Assembly (NCBI GenBank): GCA_038087875.1
Contig: CM075993.1
Coordinates: forward strand, 3,722,001 to 3,786,000
DNA length: 64,000 bases
Origin: Malacoraja senta
Taxonomy: Eukaryota
Direction: 5' to 3'
In this document: piece after piece, positions 25,070-38,765 of the stretch
Layout of the letters: every line of letters starts with the position of its first letter
How positions within the stretch are numbered: position 1 is the stretch's first letter
The notes under the pieces: generated by a model
What the model was told of the DNA's origin: nothing
The model's database searches: none
Seen by the model: only the letters and a program-made list of their open reading frames with translations
Position numbers and translations under genes: made by a program

Positions 25070-25770
25070 CATGTAGGAAGGAACTGCAATTGCTGGTTTA
25101 AACGGAAGATGGGCACAAATGCTGGAGTAACTCAGCGGGACAGGCAGCATCTCGGGAGAGAAGGAACGGGTGACGTTTCAGGTCGAAACCCTTCTTCAGA
25201 CTGATGTCAGGGGAGAGGGAGTTACATAGATAAGGAAGTGGAGTGTGAAAATAGGACAAAGGGAATGGAGATCAAGGACAATGTAGAATAGATCATTGCC
25301 AGCATGGAGAAGATAACAAACAAAGCAAACTGAGATAAAATGTAGTTGAAGACAGTAAGACTGGTTGGAGAACTGGGATGGGGAGGGAAGGAGAGAGAGG
25401 GGAAGCAAAGGTTATGAAGTTAGAGAAGTCAATGTTCATACTGCTGGGGTGTTATCTGCCCAGCAAAATATGAGGTGCTGTTCCTCCGATTTGCACTGGG
25501 CCTCACTCTGACTGCCTGTCCCGCTGAGTTACTCCAGCATTTTGTGATCTATTCTACATTATCTTAGATCTCCATTCCTTTTGTCCTATTTTCTTACTCC
25601 ACTTCCTTATCTATGTATCTCCCTCTCCCCTGACATCAGTCTGAAGAAGGGTCTCGACCCGAAATGTCACCCGTTCCTTCTCTCCAGGGATGCTGCCTGT
25701 CCCACTGTTACTCCAGCATTTGTGCCCTTCTTCGGTTTAAACCAGCATCTGCAGTTCCTCCCTACACATA
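25070..25770. mobile_element. Inverted pair of Penelope-like 3' fragments just upstream of copy B exon 3
   Basis: tgtaggaaggaactgc...ggagtaactcagcgggac (minus copy including the GIY-YIG tail) is mirrored by ...gcagttcctccctaca. Confidence 0.75.
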
Positions 25771-25852
25771 TCTCAGCACCGAGACATGCTCTGTATCAGA
25801 AGCTCTTTGGATACTTCGGCTGTGGTAATATGTAATGGACCTCTCCTTTCAG

Positions 25853-26017
25853 AGGTTCTGTTGAAGATCAACTCTGTCGGAATCTGCGGGACGGACATCC
25901 ATTTCTGGAAAGATGGCGAAGGTGCAGGTTTCGCCGTCAACAAGCCAGTGACCCTGGGTCATGAATTCTCAGGCACTGTGGTGAAAGTGGGCTCTGGAGT
26001 TCAACACCTCAAAGCAG
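25853..26017 (+). CDS. SORD: SORD-like copy B, exon 3 (165 bp)
   Basis: tttcag|...|gttagt. [55 protein letters not shown]. Confidence 0.95.
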
Positions 26018-28260
26018 GTTAGTCATGAAGCATTCTGAGGGTCATTTAAGACGGGTTCAAAATTATATGCGATTTTGAAGGACTGAAGTATATCTTGCAC
26101 TCACAGGAACATCATTACCCAGGGGACACATATTTAAAGTGATGAGTGTGATTTGGATTTGGATTTGAATTTTTTTAAGCAACAAGTAGAATGGGTAGCA
26201 CAGCGACACAGCTGGAACAACTGCTGCCTCACAGCGCCAGACACAGGGTCAATCCTGACCTTGGATGCTGTCCGTGTGGAGTTTGCACGTTCTCCCTGTG
26301 ACCGCATGGGTTTCCTCCAGGTACATTAGTTTCCCCCCATATCCCAAAGACCTGCAGGTTTGTTGGTTAATTGGCACTCTATATAATTGCCCCTACTGTG
26401 CAGGGAGCGGATGAAAAAAAGTGGGATAACATGGGACTAGTGTGAACAGGTGATCAATGGTCAGCAGGTACTCGTTGGGCCGAAGGGCCTGTTTCCATGC
26501 TGTTTCTCTGAACTAAATTCTGAACGAAACTAATCTTGAGATCTAGAATGAACTGTCAGAAGAAATGGTGAAGGTAAAATCAGTACCCCTGTTGAAGGGA
26601 ATTCTGTGTTTAACCCTTACCCTGAATCTGGCTTTCATGTGGGGCCTAATTGCCCTCTTAATATACCTCAGATAGGAACAGACACAAAGAACATCTCATA
26701 AAGCGGTGGTGAGTTTCTCAAACAAGTCGGATTATTCAACGTCTTAATAGTAAGTACTGGGAAACACTCTGAGAGAACCCAAAGTTTTTCACAGATTCAC
26801 TGCATCCACAGCATTTTTATATTCTCACAACACGATGGTTACATGTGGATTTTACATTTTTGAAATAATTCATTGTTGATCAATGTGTCTGTAGCCTTTA
26901 ACCTTTGTTTTCCCCCCCCCAGAGTTATCTTTAACCTTCTGTTCCCAGTTATTTAGAAAACTACTCCCATTTGTCAAACAACTGGGCCCAATAAAGTACC
27001 CAATTTCATGATCAGTTTTATTGCCCTCAGCTTGGTTTACAACCCCCAATGATTGTCTCAACTATTTGCGAAAGACAGTTGTTAAATTCGGAGGTAGACA
27101 CAAAATGCTGGAGTAACTCAGCGGGACAGGCAGCATCTCTGGAGAGAAGGAATGGGTGACGTTTCGAGTCGAGACGCTTCTTCTACAGTTATTGAAATTA
27201 GCTTGAATAGGTGAACACAAAGGTGTAATCAACGTTCAGGCAATATACATTGCATTTAGTAATAATTACAGCTTTTATGCTGGCACGTTGTCTAAGAATA
27301 TAAACTGCAAAGCATTTAGTTTAATTTAGCTTAGCTTAGATTAGTTTAGTTTTTTTTTATTGTTACGTATACCAAGGTACAGTGAAAAGCTTTTGTTTGC
27401 GTGCTATCCAGTCAAAGAAAAACACTACACATAAATACAATCAAGCTGTCCACAATGCATGAATAAAAGATAAAGGGCACAACATTGTTGTGGAGAGAGA
27501 GAGAGAACAAAGAAGGGAAGAGATTGAACTTTTTTTCGCCTTCCATCGCAGTGAGGAATGTGGAGGAGTCACTGTGGTGGATGTTTATGTTAAAATGTAT
27601 TTTTGTGTGTTCTGTTGCTTTTTATTTGTATGACTGACTTGGCAAATGAAATTCCACTTATGATGCAAAACATACTTGGTTAATAAAGTATTGTTATATA
27701 GTATTGTATGTAGTGCCAAGATGTAGCATTAAAGGCACATTACAGGCATACTGGTGATTTTGCCTGTTTTGGAGAACAGACTTTTTTGGGGATGTTACCC
27801 ATATTAATCCAATTGCAGTAACAACATCATGGTTTGTAGAAAATGCACAGTGCCAATGTTTACATTACTGACTTCTAGATTATAGTGATGACACCACTTA
27901 GGCGATTATTTAGGCGACTACAGGCGACTAGACTGTCGCCACATGGTCGCCGGGGTGTCGCCTGTCTGGTCGTGAGTAGTCTCCTTAGTCGCCCAGAGAA
28001 TCGTAGCGATTTTCTGGTTGCCGCTGGGTTTTGAAATGTTCAAAGCTTTTCGGCAACAGTCGGCGACAGTTGGCTTGACGCCAATGAGCGTAGCTTGACT
28101 TCTGACGTAGATGCTGTTGTAGGCTGTCGCCAGGGTGACATCGGTTGTCACCGGTGCTGACCGGGTTTTTTTGTTGTTAAAGTATGATTCTATTTCAAAT
28201 TTTATGTCGAAGGGGGGTCCAGTCACCAGGTTTTTGGCAACCGGCTACGACTATGACAGT

Positions 28261-28845
28261 TGAATAAGGAGTAAGCCATTTAGAATGGAGACGAGGAAAC
28301 ACTTTTTCTCACAGAGAGTGGTGAGTCTGTGGAATTCTCTGCCTCGGAGGGCGGTGGAGGCAGGTTCTCTGGATGCTTTCAAGAGAGCTAGATAGGGATT
28401 TTTTTTAGGGGGGTTTTGTTTTTTCCTTTTTTCTCTTTTTTCTTTTTTTCTCTTTTTATCTTAAAAAATATATATATATATGTTTTCTTTTAAACATTTA
28501 ACTATATTTACATAGAGACCGGGAGGTCTATATTCAATGTGTATTTTGATACTGGGCTCATACTTAGGTTATACCTGTTATTAATGTAATCCTGATCCCT
28601 ATGTATCAATATCATTGTTATGTTTATCATTATTCTTTTTGTTTTGTTTTTGGAAAAAAAGCTAATAAAAAGATTTTAAAAGAAAGAAAGAAAGGGCTCT
28701 TAAAAATAGCAGAGTCAGGGGATATGGGGAGAAGGCAGGAACGGGGTACTGATTGGAGATGATCAGACATGATCACATTGAATGGCGGTGCTGGCTCGAA
28801 GGGCCAAATGGCCTACTCCTGCACCTATTGTCGATTGTCTATTGT
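28261..28845 (+). mobile_element. CR1 3' fragment, itself interrupted by a T-rich LINE tail (about 28398-28692), inside a MITE
   Basis: CR1 sequence gatagg...gctcttaaaaatagc is split by a segment ending AATAAA...(AGAA)n. Confidence 0.7.
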
Positions 28846-28951
28846 TGCCGACAGTCGCCTAAAAATAGTGGGACAGGCCCTTACTACCTTGTTGAAAACC
28901 AAGCAACAGAAATGTATTTTCACCAGGGACTATTATCTTGTTTTGCTGCAG

Positions 28952-29111
28952 GTGACAGAGTTGCCATTGAGCCTGGTGTCCCCAGAGAGAATGATGAGTT
29001 TGTTAGAGCTGGACGTTACAACTTGTCACCAACATGCTTCGCCAGTGGCCTTCCTCCTGATCATGGGGGGATGTGCCAATACTATGTCCATGATGCCAGC
29101 TACTGCTACAA
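28952..29111 (+). CDS. SORD: SORD-like copy B, exon 4 (160 bp)
   Basis: ctgcag|...|gttagt. [53 protein letters not shown]. Confidence 0.95.
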
Positions 29112-29601
29112 GTTAGTTTCTCTATATACTGTTAGTTGCATATCTTTAAAAAATCCTTTATTTATGATTTCAAAATATTGTTTTTTTTATATTGAACTGT
29201 TAGTTTCATATCTTTAAAAATACTACCTTTGTAGAATCGGAACTTATCCAGCAGATATCCAATCTTATAGTCATAGAGTGATACGGTGTGGAAACAGGCC
29301 CTTCGGCCCAACTTGCCCACACCGACAAACATGTCCCAGCTACACTAGTCCCACCTGCCTGCGCTTGGTCCATATCCTTCCAAACCTGTCTTATCAGTGT
29401 ATCTGTCTAACTGTTTCTTAAATGTTGGGGTAGTCCCAGCCTCAACGACCTCATCTGGCAGCTTGTTCCATTCACCCACCACCCTTTGTGTGAAAAAGTC
29501 ACCCCTCGGATTCCTATTTTTTCCCCTTCACCTTGAACCCATGTCCTCTGGTCCTCGATTCCCCTACTCTGGGCAAGAGACTCTGTGCATCTACCTGATA
29601 T

Positions 29602-30178
29602 ATGAATGAATGAATGAATGAATGAATAGTTTATTTCAGTCATACATTAAAAAGAACAAAACTTTACAATCTGTGTGAATATGAACCAACACTGTATCCA
29701 TTTCACACAACGTTCCCATAATCAATGACCGAAAAAGGAATGGGCTGAAGCCACAAAGCTTCTTTTTGCCTATCCTATACAATCCATAAGATAAGATAAC
29801 CCAGAATATCAGCATTCAAAGGAAAGAAAAAAAAAATTACTCTAAATTATAATCCTTACTTATATTACATTTTAATCATTTTACATTATAATCCTTAATT
29901 ATTTTACATGTTAAGGCTTTTTTGAAACTCGGCAGAGAGCTACAAAATTTCAACTCATCACTAAGCCCGTTCCATAATTTGACTCCCAAAACTGAGACAC
30001 ATCTATATTGTACATTGGTTCTCATTTTACATGTTTCAAAAATACACAACCCTCTTAAATTATAATGTCCTTCTCTTAATTTAATTTTTTTTTTAATACT
30101 AACAGGAATGCTTTTATTCCTAACTCGGAAAAGTATTTCTAATGTCTTTACATGCAAAATATCCAAAAAATTTAAGGT
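29602..30178 (-). mobile_element. CR1/L2-group LINE 3' fragment with (TTCA)n tail
   Basis: HYNLRG...GVKLWNGLSDELK..SFKK RT C-terminal motif; polyA signal and tandem tail. Confidence 0.7.
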
Positions 30179-31105
30179 ACCCGATCTACCCGATGTTATT
30201 AGAAAAGGAGAAGCTTTCGCTGATTGTAGAGAGTGTTTGTCTCTGATTTTGTGTTCTCGTCTAGTGATGTTCATTTCTCTGTCCCTGAAGTCAAGGCTTT
30301 CTTCTCCAGCACATTGGTTGTGGTTTACCTAAAATAGTTGGGCATGGTTCCAAACTATCCTCTATAGTTTTAGTGCAGCAGAATGCATACAAATTCTAAC
30401 ATAGGACAATTTCCCCATGTAAGTACACTAACTCATCCTTTGCTTTGCTGCTGTATGGTCCAGTTCCAAAATACTTTACCTGTTTATTTAACCTTATAAT
30501 CGTGGATAGTTACACAAAAGGGGAGAGGGTTTAGCTTACCTTGTTTGGTCAACTCTTTGGTCAAACATTGCAGAACAAATTTCACTTACACATGCTTTTT
30601 TCTCGTGACACTCCGTGGCACAAACATTGATGTGCTCAGATCATCCAAAAATAATGCAGACTTCCAAAGTCTATGTTTACTTTGATTGCATCTGAGATTT
30701 GGGGAAAGAAACATGAGAACAGACTATAATCTGATTTTTAAAAAATGCATTGCAGATGCTGGGTTTATACCAAGGATAGGCACAAAGTGCTGGAGTAACT
30801 CAGCGGGTCAGGCAGCATCTCTGGAGAAAATGGAGAGGTGACCTTTCGGATCGGGACCCTTCTTCTCCCGACCCGAAACGTCAGCTTTCTATTTTCTCCA
30901 GAGATGCTGCCTGACTCGCTGAGTTACACCAGCATTTTGTGTCTATATAAGAATGGCGGTGCTGGCTCGAAGGGCTGAATGGCTTACTCCTGCACCTATT
31001 GTCTATTGTCTAATGGATTGTTGTTTGTTTAACCTTCTCTATTCCACAATGGTTTTATAATTTTTAATGGTGTCGTCTTATTGCTCTTATGTCTCTTTCT
31101 TTCAG

Positions 31106-31224
31106 GATTCCCGACTTGTTGACTTTTGAAGAAGGGGCGCTGGTCGAGCCTCTTTCTGTTGCGATTCATGCCTGTCGCAGAGCTGAAGTGAAAATGGGCT
31201 GCAAGATTTTCATCTGTGGAGCTG
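31106..31224 (+). CDS. SORD: SORD-like copy B, exon 5 (119 bp)
   Basis: tttcag|...|gtaaag. [40 protein letters not shown]. Confidence 0.95.
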
Positions 31225-31426
31225 GTAAAGAGTCACTGATGACAAGAAATACTCACACATTCTAGTATCATTAATCTAATATTTTCAATACACACAATTC
31301 AAATGAACCAGCCTCCGGTGCTGTTTTGAGAGTGAAACTTGTAAGATTATAAATTTCTGTGTATTTTAATATTAGTTGGGATCAAAAAAGAATTACCATG
31401 TCATATAGCATACAAACAATCCTTTA

Positions 31427-32002
31427 AGGGCCTGTTCCACTTTGGCGATTTTTTTCGGTGACTGTCACAGTCGTAGCAGGTTGCCGAAAAAGCAGCAACT
31501 GGACCCCCCGCTACAACAATGTCTACGACAAGCTATGACAACCTACCATCTAGTCGACGTCAAGCTACCGACAACCGGCGACCCATTAGGACGTCCACCT
31601 ACGACACAGGCGACAACCTATGACAACCAAAGTCAATCTACGTCCATCCGCGACAAGCAACGACCCTGTCGGCGACAACTGAAGACAATTCAGTCGCTGG
31701 TACTTGTCACTGGTTGACGTAGGTAGTCGCCAATGGAATTCACCAAAGTCAGAACCCGGCGACAACCAACAACACCTGGCGACGACCAGCGACAACACCT
31801 CGGATAGGAGAAGACAAGCCGCGTCAAGCCCACAGTCGCCAAAAAGTTTTGAACATTTCGAAATCCAGTGGCGACCAGAAAAACGTTACGATTCTTTAGG
31901 CGATTTGAGGAGACTACTCACGACCATACAGGCATCACCCCGCGACCATGTGGCGACAGCCTAGTAATCGCCAAAAAAGATCGCCTAAGTGGAACAGGGG
32001 CT
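31427..32002. mobile_element. Non-autonomous DNA transposon (PIF/Harbinger-like MITE) rich in GTCGCC/GGCGAC
   Basis: TTA|AGGGCCTGTTCCACTT...AAGTGGAACAGGGGCT|TTA. Related copies at about 27891-28882 (interrupted) and 23070-23298 (partial). Confidence 0.7.
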
Positions 32003-32580
32003 TTAAGTTGACCAACTTCAAGCCCCCACTGATCTAGCCCATCACTGACCCCCACAGAACCAATGACTGCACCTGGACTCTACCACTTACCAACTTGTGT
32101 CAATTTACAGTGACCAATTAGCCTAACACTTGTTAGGGTCAGAAGGGTCTCAACCCGAAATATCACCCATTTCTTTTATCCAGAGATGCTGCCTGTCCCG
32201 CTGAGTTACTCCAGCATTGTGTCGAACCTAACACATGCATATCTTTGGGGTATGGGTTAAAACTGGAGCACCGGAAGGAAACTCCCACCTTTTTCTCCAG
32301 AGATGCTGCATGACCCACTGAGTTACTCCAGCACTTTGTATCTATCTTCAGTATATACCAGCAGTTCCTTTCTATCCAGGTGAGCAGGGGGGTGGGGGAT
32401 TGGTAGATGGTTGGACAAAGGCCAGAGATGAAAAGACAAAAGGGAGTTAGATAAGGAGAGAAGGAGCAAGTGTATTCCAGGGTTGTGAAAGAAACTATGG
32501 GAAAGGAAGTTAACTGGCATAAAACTCTTGCATATGCAACATTATTTTCTAATTGATGTACCATTCATTCCTTTCTTAAG

Positions 32581-32646
32581 GGACAATTGGACTTATGAAT
32601 CTGTTGGTCGCCAAGGCAATGGGGGCAGCTCAAGTAGTGATAAGTG
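32581..32646 (+). CDS. SORD: SORD-like copy B, exon 6 (66 bp)
   Basis: cttaag|...|gtaagg. TIGLMNLLVAKAMGAAQVVISD. Confidence 0.94.
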
Positions 32647-34778
32647 GTAAGGCACACAGTCAACACTTGTTTATAAACTATTCCCAACAGGTTCATTGGA
32701 GTAGTTCTTTCTTTCTTTCTTTCGCTGGTAATAATATGGCGACTTGTAATTTTCCATAACTCAAATCTAGAATTGGAACCGTCTACTTTTTCCTCTGTTT
32801 ACACGTCAATATTTCATTCACTGAAAAGGTGAAAATAAGCAGCAAAGTGTGTTTAAAAAGGATCAATTTACTGATGCAAGGAAGTAGTGAGATACCCACA
32901 GACTCCAAATTGTCTAGGAGACCAGCCACCAATTAATTCCCCTTTACTCACACCCTCATTAAACTCCAAATACTCTCTTATACACTGTTATCTTTCTGCA
33001 TCACAATGCATCATGGTACTGAGGGACCAAGGTCACCACCAGGTCAGGTATGAATTCATTCTAACTTGCAGAGTGGCCCTGAGCATTTCAGGCCCCTTTT
33101 TGATACAACACAATAATGGGCTCTTCGGCCCACTAAGTCCATGCTAGCACCCCATTATTGTAGATTTGGCTCACTTACACGAATACCATTTGCCTGCATT
33201 GGAGCCATACCATTCTGTACCATGTAAGTGTCTGTCTAAATGTCTCTTAAACATTGTAATTCCAACTGATTCCACCACCTCCAGTGGCAGTGTGTCACAG
33301 ATATCAACCACTCTGTAAATAACTTTCCCCTTAGATACCGTTTAAATCTCCTTCCATCCACCTTAAACCTTTTCCTTCTTGTTTATGATGCCCACAGCAC
33401 TGGATAAAGATTTTGACTCATCTCTGCTTCTCAGAATTGTATCTGCTGCTCCTGTCTGGTCACCTCTCAGCCTCCTTTGCTCCGTGAAAAATATGCACAG
33501 CCTGTCTAATTTTCCCCCATTGCTGAAGTTCTCCAATGCAGGCAACATCTGGTGACTCTGCTCTGCACTCTTGTCAGCACAACCATGCGCCTTAACCTTG
33601 TGAGCAAGCCCACAGCGCGCGAATGTTGGCAAAAGCCTTGCTATGATTCATGTAGACATCAAATACCATCATCCATCTTCAGTACATTTGCTACCGCTGA
33701 TGGAAGTTTCACAACGCTGTAGTAACCTGAATGCACGTCATCAAGGTGTGAATGCACACTGCAAAACGGCCCTATTTAAGATACAAAATGCCCCAACTTT
33801 GCATTTGAACCTTCCACTGTATGACTGTTTTGCTTTTTAAAGTTTTCCTTTTTTTTTGGAACTAACTTTTAAACCTTCATAGGATTAAACAAAAGCAAAG
33901 GCTTTGAACCTGTCATTTGATCTGTAAATTTATTTGCTTATGGTTTACCGACATTCTAATTGTTCCTTAAATATGTATTGTATTTAAAGTCATTACTTGA
34001 AAGTTAACATGAAAATGATATACACTAATAGACAAAGAAATACGAGAACGTTCTGTGAGCTAGGCATTGAGAATTAGGAGATGAACTAAGTTAGGTTCTT
34101 TGTTCATGATATTTTAATCAAAGTGATATTTCCCTTCCTAATTTTAACAGGAGGGGCAGGCACAATAATTTGGTAGAGGTACCAATGATAGGCTTGTAAC
34201 ATTGGGAGGAGTAGGGTAGAGAGCCTTTTCATTGTTCATTAGTATAGAAGTTGGCTAACTAATAATTACTGGGGAGGAAATACTCTGCTGTAAATTAAAA
34301 CCATATGCCAAAATATCAATAAACCAACCGGACCTATTATTTTCCCAACCACAAACAATGAAGATTCCCAGCTAGTTTTGTTTGGTTTAGAGATGCAGCG
34401 TAGAAACAGGCCCTTTGGCCTACCGAGTCCGCACGACCAGCGATCCCCGCACACTAACACGATTCTATACACACACTAGGGGCGATTTACACTTTTACAC
34501 GTCTCACACATAGCCAATTAACCTACAAACCTGTACATCTTTGGAGTGTGGGAGGAAACCGAAGATATCGAAGAAAACCCACAAGGTCATGGGGAGAACG
34601 TACAAACTCCATACGGACAGCACCCGTAGTCGGGATCGAACCTGCGTCTCCGGCGCTGCAAGCGCTGTAAGGCAGCAACTCTACCGCTGCACCACCGTGC
34701 CACACCTCTAAGTAAATTTGATCTGTAAATACTCCAAAAGTTGTTCTTTTGGAATGATAAAAAAATGTTGTCTTAAAG

Positions 34779-34954
34779 ATTTGTCAAGCGACCGGCTAAA
34801 AATGGCAAAGGAAATGGGGGCTGATTATACGCTGAAAGTTGAAAAAGAGACAGCTGAAGAAATGGCCCAGAAAGTGAAGGCTGCCCTTGGCTTCATGCCG
34901 GATATAACCATCGAGTGCACTGGGGCAGAGATCTGTATGCAAGCTGGCATCTAT
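34779..34954 (+). CDS. SORD: SORD-like copy B, exon 7 (176 bp)
   Basis: ttaaag|...|gtaagt. LSSDRLKMAKEMGADYTLKVEKETAEEMAQKVKAALGFMPDITIECTGAEICMQAGIY. Confidence 0.93.
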
Positions 34955-35949
34955 GTAAGTACCATAACAAGATATCTGCATCGTACGTACTGCCAGTAAT
35001 CCTTGCTTGTGTTTATGATTGTGCCTGGTACAGTAATATTTTTATTGAACTGTATACAAAAGAGGAATTTCGCTGGACCCAAGTGCATGCGACAGTCTGA
35101 AGAAGGGTCTCGACCTGAAACGTCGCCTATTTCTTCTCTCCATAGATGCTGCCTCACCTGCTAAGTTCCTCCAGCATTTTTTGTCTACCTTTGATTTTTC
35201 CAGCATCTGCAGTTCTTTCTTAAACATAAAGAACCATTGAACCATTTCTGGGCATAAAGGTCACATCTAATCACAAGAGCATGAGACATAGGTAGCAGAA
35301 TGAGGCCATTTGGCCCTTTGTATCGACTCCACCATTCAAACCTTTGCAACTATGTTGGCACCAGACACGTGGTGAGACTAGTGCGCTGCACGGTGAGGTC
35401 TACTGTATGATTTTACCGGGTCATTAACAAACTAATGCATTTCACTCTACATAGGTACATATAGTAAGTAAGTAAGTACGTTTTATTTATATAGCATGTT
35501 TTAAATCAACTCGTGTTGAAACCAAAGTGCTTTACATAAAATAAATAATAAGTTTCATACATCCATAGAAAAAGATTTAAAGAAAAGAAAAATTGACACA
35601 ACACATTATAGAATTCAACACAAACGTCCCCCCACAACAGAATCAACATTTTCCACTGTGGGGAAAGGCACCAGAAAGTTTAGTCTTCCTCTGTGATCAC
35701 CCGAGGTCGGGGCCTATTTGTGGCCTTGCCGCAAATATGACAATAAAGTACCATTGATCTGTCTTTTTGTCACCCTTCATCAGAATGAACTCTATTAGTT
35801 TTTCCACAGAGGTGGGCTGATCCACTGTGTATTTCCAACTTTTTCTGTTGTTACTTTGCAAAACTGCAATTTCTTAGATTTTTTCCCCTCGGACGAGTCA
35901 AGTCGAGTCTATTGTCATGTGCGCAGGTGCGCTGAGGTACGGGTACAAA

Positions 35950-36270
35950 GGCGGCACAGTGGTGCAGCGGGTAGGGCTGCTGACTCACAGCGCCAGAGAC
36001 CTGAGTTCGACCCCGACCTCGGGTGCTGTCTGTGTGAAGTTTGCATGTTCTCCATGTGACTGCATTGGTTTGCTCTGGGTGCTTCAGTTTCCTTCCACGT
36101 CACAAAGATGTGCAGGATTGTAGGTTATTTGCCCTCTGTAAGTTGCTCTGTAAGTGTGCAGGGAGTGGACACGAAAGTTGGATAACATAGAACTAGTGTA
36201 AACGGGTGATTGAGGGTCAGCATGGACTCAGTTGGCTGAAGGGCCTGTTTTCCTGCTGTATCAGTCAATC
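35950..36270 (+). repeat. tRNA-derived V-SINE (HE1-like), representative near-full copy
   Basis: Pol III A/B-box-like head (GGTGCAGCGGGTAG...GAGTTCGACCCC), V-domain CTGTGTGAAGTTTGCATGTTCTCC, LINE-derived tail GAAGGGCCTGTTT. Other copies at about 4344-4622(-), 13265-13410(-), 21210-21392(-), 21690-21955(+), 26190-26530(+), 34372-34705(-), 39303-39930 (nested pair), 40685-40985(-), 52390-52668(-), 52925-53195(+), 54325-54597(-), 59930-60200(-), 63067-63295(+). Confidence 0.8.
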
Positions 36271-36805
36271 AAATATAATTGTGCTTGCAGTGGCATCACA
36301 GACTCGTAGACTCAGATATTACACAGAACATAAATTGTCCCTCAAGTGTACAAGTCTGTGCAAAAGAGGACATTAATATAAAACACATTTAGAAAATGAG
36401 GGGAGACAAAAATGCTGGAGAAACTCGGCGGGTGAGGCAGCATCTATGGAGCGAAGGAATAGGTGACGTTTCGGGTCAAGACCCTTCTTCAGACTGGGGT
36501 GGGGGGGGGGTGGGGGGGGGGGCGGGAAGAAGAAAGGAAGAGGCGGAGACAGTGGGCTGTGGGAGAGCTGGGAAGGAGAGGGGAAGGAGGGAGAAAGCAA
36601 GGACTACCTGAAATTGGAGGTCAATGAAAATGAGGGTCCTTTTTTAGCCGGCGTAAACATGTGATGATCCCATTGAACTGCCTTAATAAAACTGTGCACC
36701 TGCAATGTCCATCCTGTTTACTTCCAGTTGTGTGAATGTATGGAAGAGTGTAAGTTGGAGATTCATCAATAAAATAGCATTACTGCTAACAAAGCACTGT
36801 CACGT

Positions 36806-37665
36806 GCAGGAAAAATGTTCCCAATGTTGGGCGAGTCCAGAACCAGGGGCCACAGTCTTAGAATAAAGGGGAGGTCATTTAAGACTGAGGTGAGAATTTT
36901 TTTTTTCACCCAGAGAGTTGTGAATTTATGGAATTCTCTGCCACAGAGGGCAGTGGAGGCCAAATCACTGGATGGATTCAAGAGAGAGTTAGATAGAGCT
37001 CTAGGGGCTAGTGGAATCAAGGGATATGGGGAGAAGGCAGGAACGGGGTACTGATTGGGGACGATCAGCCATGATCACAATGAATGGCAGTGCTGGCTCG
37101 AAGGGCCGAATGGCCTCCTCCTGCACCTATTTTCTATGTTTCTATGTTAAGGTCACCGTCTGCTTTCTACATGGGCATGACCTTTGACGTCTGCTACATG
37201 TAATGTCCTCCAACAATCCCTTGAGCTACCGTGTGTCACTTTGAAATGCTTCAGGTACTCACTGGGATTTAGAAGGATGAGAGGAAATCTTGTAGAAACA
37301 GATACAATTCTTAAGGGGTTGGACAGGCTAGATGCAGGAAAAATGTTCCCCATGTAGTGGGAATCCAGAACCAGGGGTCAAGGTTTAAGAATAAGGGGGC
37401 AGGCCATTTAGGACTGAGATGAGGAAAGACTTTTTGACCCAGAGAGTTGTAAATTTGTGGAATTCTCTGCCACGGAGAGCAGTGGAGGCCAATTCACTGG
37501 ATGTTTTCAAGAGGGAGTTAGATATAGCTCTTGGGGCTAAAGGAACCAAGGGATATGGGGAAAAAGCTGGAACGGGGTACTGATTTTGGACGATCAGCCA
37601 TGATCATATTGAATGGTGGTGCAAGATTGAAGGGCCGAATGGCCTACTCCTGCACCTATGTTTCC
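36806..37665 (+). mobile_element. Two tandem CR1 3' fragments (about 36806-37146 and 37250-37665)
   Basis: RGHSLRI/LWNSLP motifs and the shared 3' UTR ending cctgcacctat. Confidence 0.85.
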
Positions 37666-37720
37666 AATACCCAAGGAAATCAGCATTAATAATCCATATT
37701 ATTTACACATTGTTTCCTAG

Positions 37721-37842
37721 GCCACGCGTTCAGGAGGAGTCTTGGCTCTGGTTGGTCTGGGTCACGAGGTTGCAAACATTCCAATACTACATGCAATCCT
37801 TCGAGAAGTGGACATTCGAGGAGTTTTTAAATATTGTAACAC
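37721..37842 (+). CDS. SORD: SORD-like copy B, exon 8 (122 bp)
   Basis: tcctag|...|gtacgt. [41 protein letters not shown]. Confidence 0.95.
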
Positions 37843-38403
37843 GTACGTATTGATATTTTCTTGCCCGTTTGTCAGCTGAAATCACAGAGCCACAGAGCAT
37901 AGAGGTAGGCCCTTTGGCCCATCGAGTTATCACTGATCAATAAGCCTATCAACATTATCCTTACAGTGTAAATTACACTCTTCCCATTTAATTCTTTCAC
38001 ATAAGTTTTTGGTCTTCATTAAACCAGCCAGAAACCAAGCATAAACAATATCTCAATATCACTGTGTCGGAAGGAACTGCAGACGCTGGTTTAAGCTGAA
38101 GATAGACACAAAATGCTGGAGTAACTCAGCGGGGCAGACAGCAACTCTGGAGACAAGGAGATAGAGGAATGCAGAACACAAACAGGCCCTTCGGCCCACC
38201 AAATCTGTGCTGACAATCAACCATCCATTTTGCACTTGACTGCACTCGTCACCTGGCACCTGTCATCACCTGCACAGGACCAGCACATAGAGGGAGAAAG
38301 GTGATGAAAAGACAGCCTTTCACCTTGGTAAACGCACAGTAGCGATTACACCATTACTTTATTTGGAGGTGAAAATATTTATTGATTGTGTTGCTCTTCA
38401 GGT

Positions 38404-38765
38404 CAATAGACAATAGGTGCAGGAGTAGGCCATTCGACCCTTCGAGTCAGCACCGCCATTCAATGTGATCATGGCTGATCATCCCCAATCAGTACCCCGT
38501 TCCTGCCTTCTCCCCATATACCCTGACTCCACTATTTTTAAGAGCCCTATCTAGCTCTCTCTTGAAAGCATCCAGAGAACCTGCCTCCACCGCCCTCTGA
38601 GGCAGAGAATTCCACAGACTCACCACTCTCTGTGAGAAAAAGTGTTTCCTCGTCTCCATTCTAAATGGCTTACTCCTTATTCTTAAACTGTGGCCCCTGG
38701 ATCTGGACTCCCCCAACATCGTGCCTCTAGCGTGTCCAAACCCAAACCCTTAAAAATCTTATAGG
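38404..38765 (-). mobile_element. CR1 3' fragment
   Basis: ORF 38489-38719 is the ORF2 C-terminus, followed by the 3' UTR. Confidence 0.85.

Noticed and set aside
31427..32002. Repeated GGCGAC/GTCGCC motifs as a CRISPR-like or coding array
   Set aside because: Irregular spacing, bounded by TIRs and present in several copies: internal repeats of a MITE in a vertebrate genome.
35950..36025. tRNA gene
   Set aside because: The A/B-box-like head continues directly into the V-domain and LINE-derived tail, so it is a SINE.
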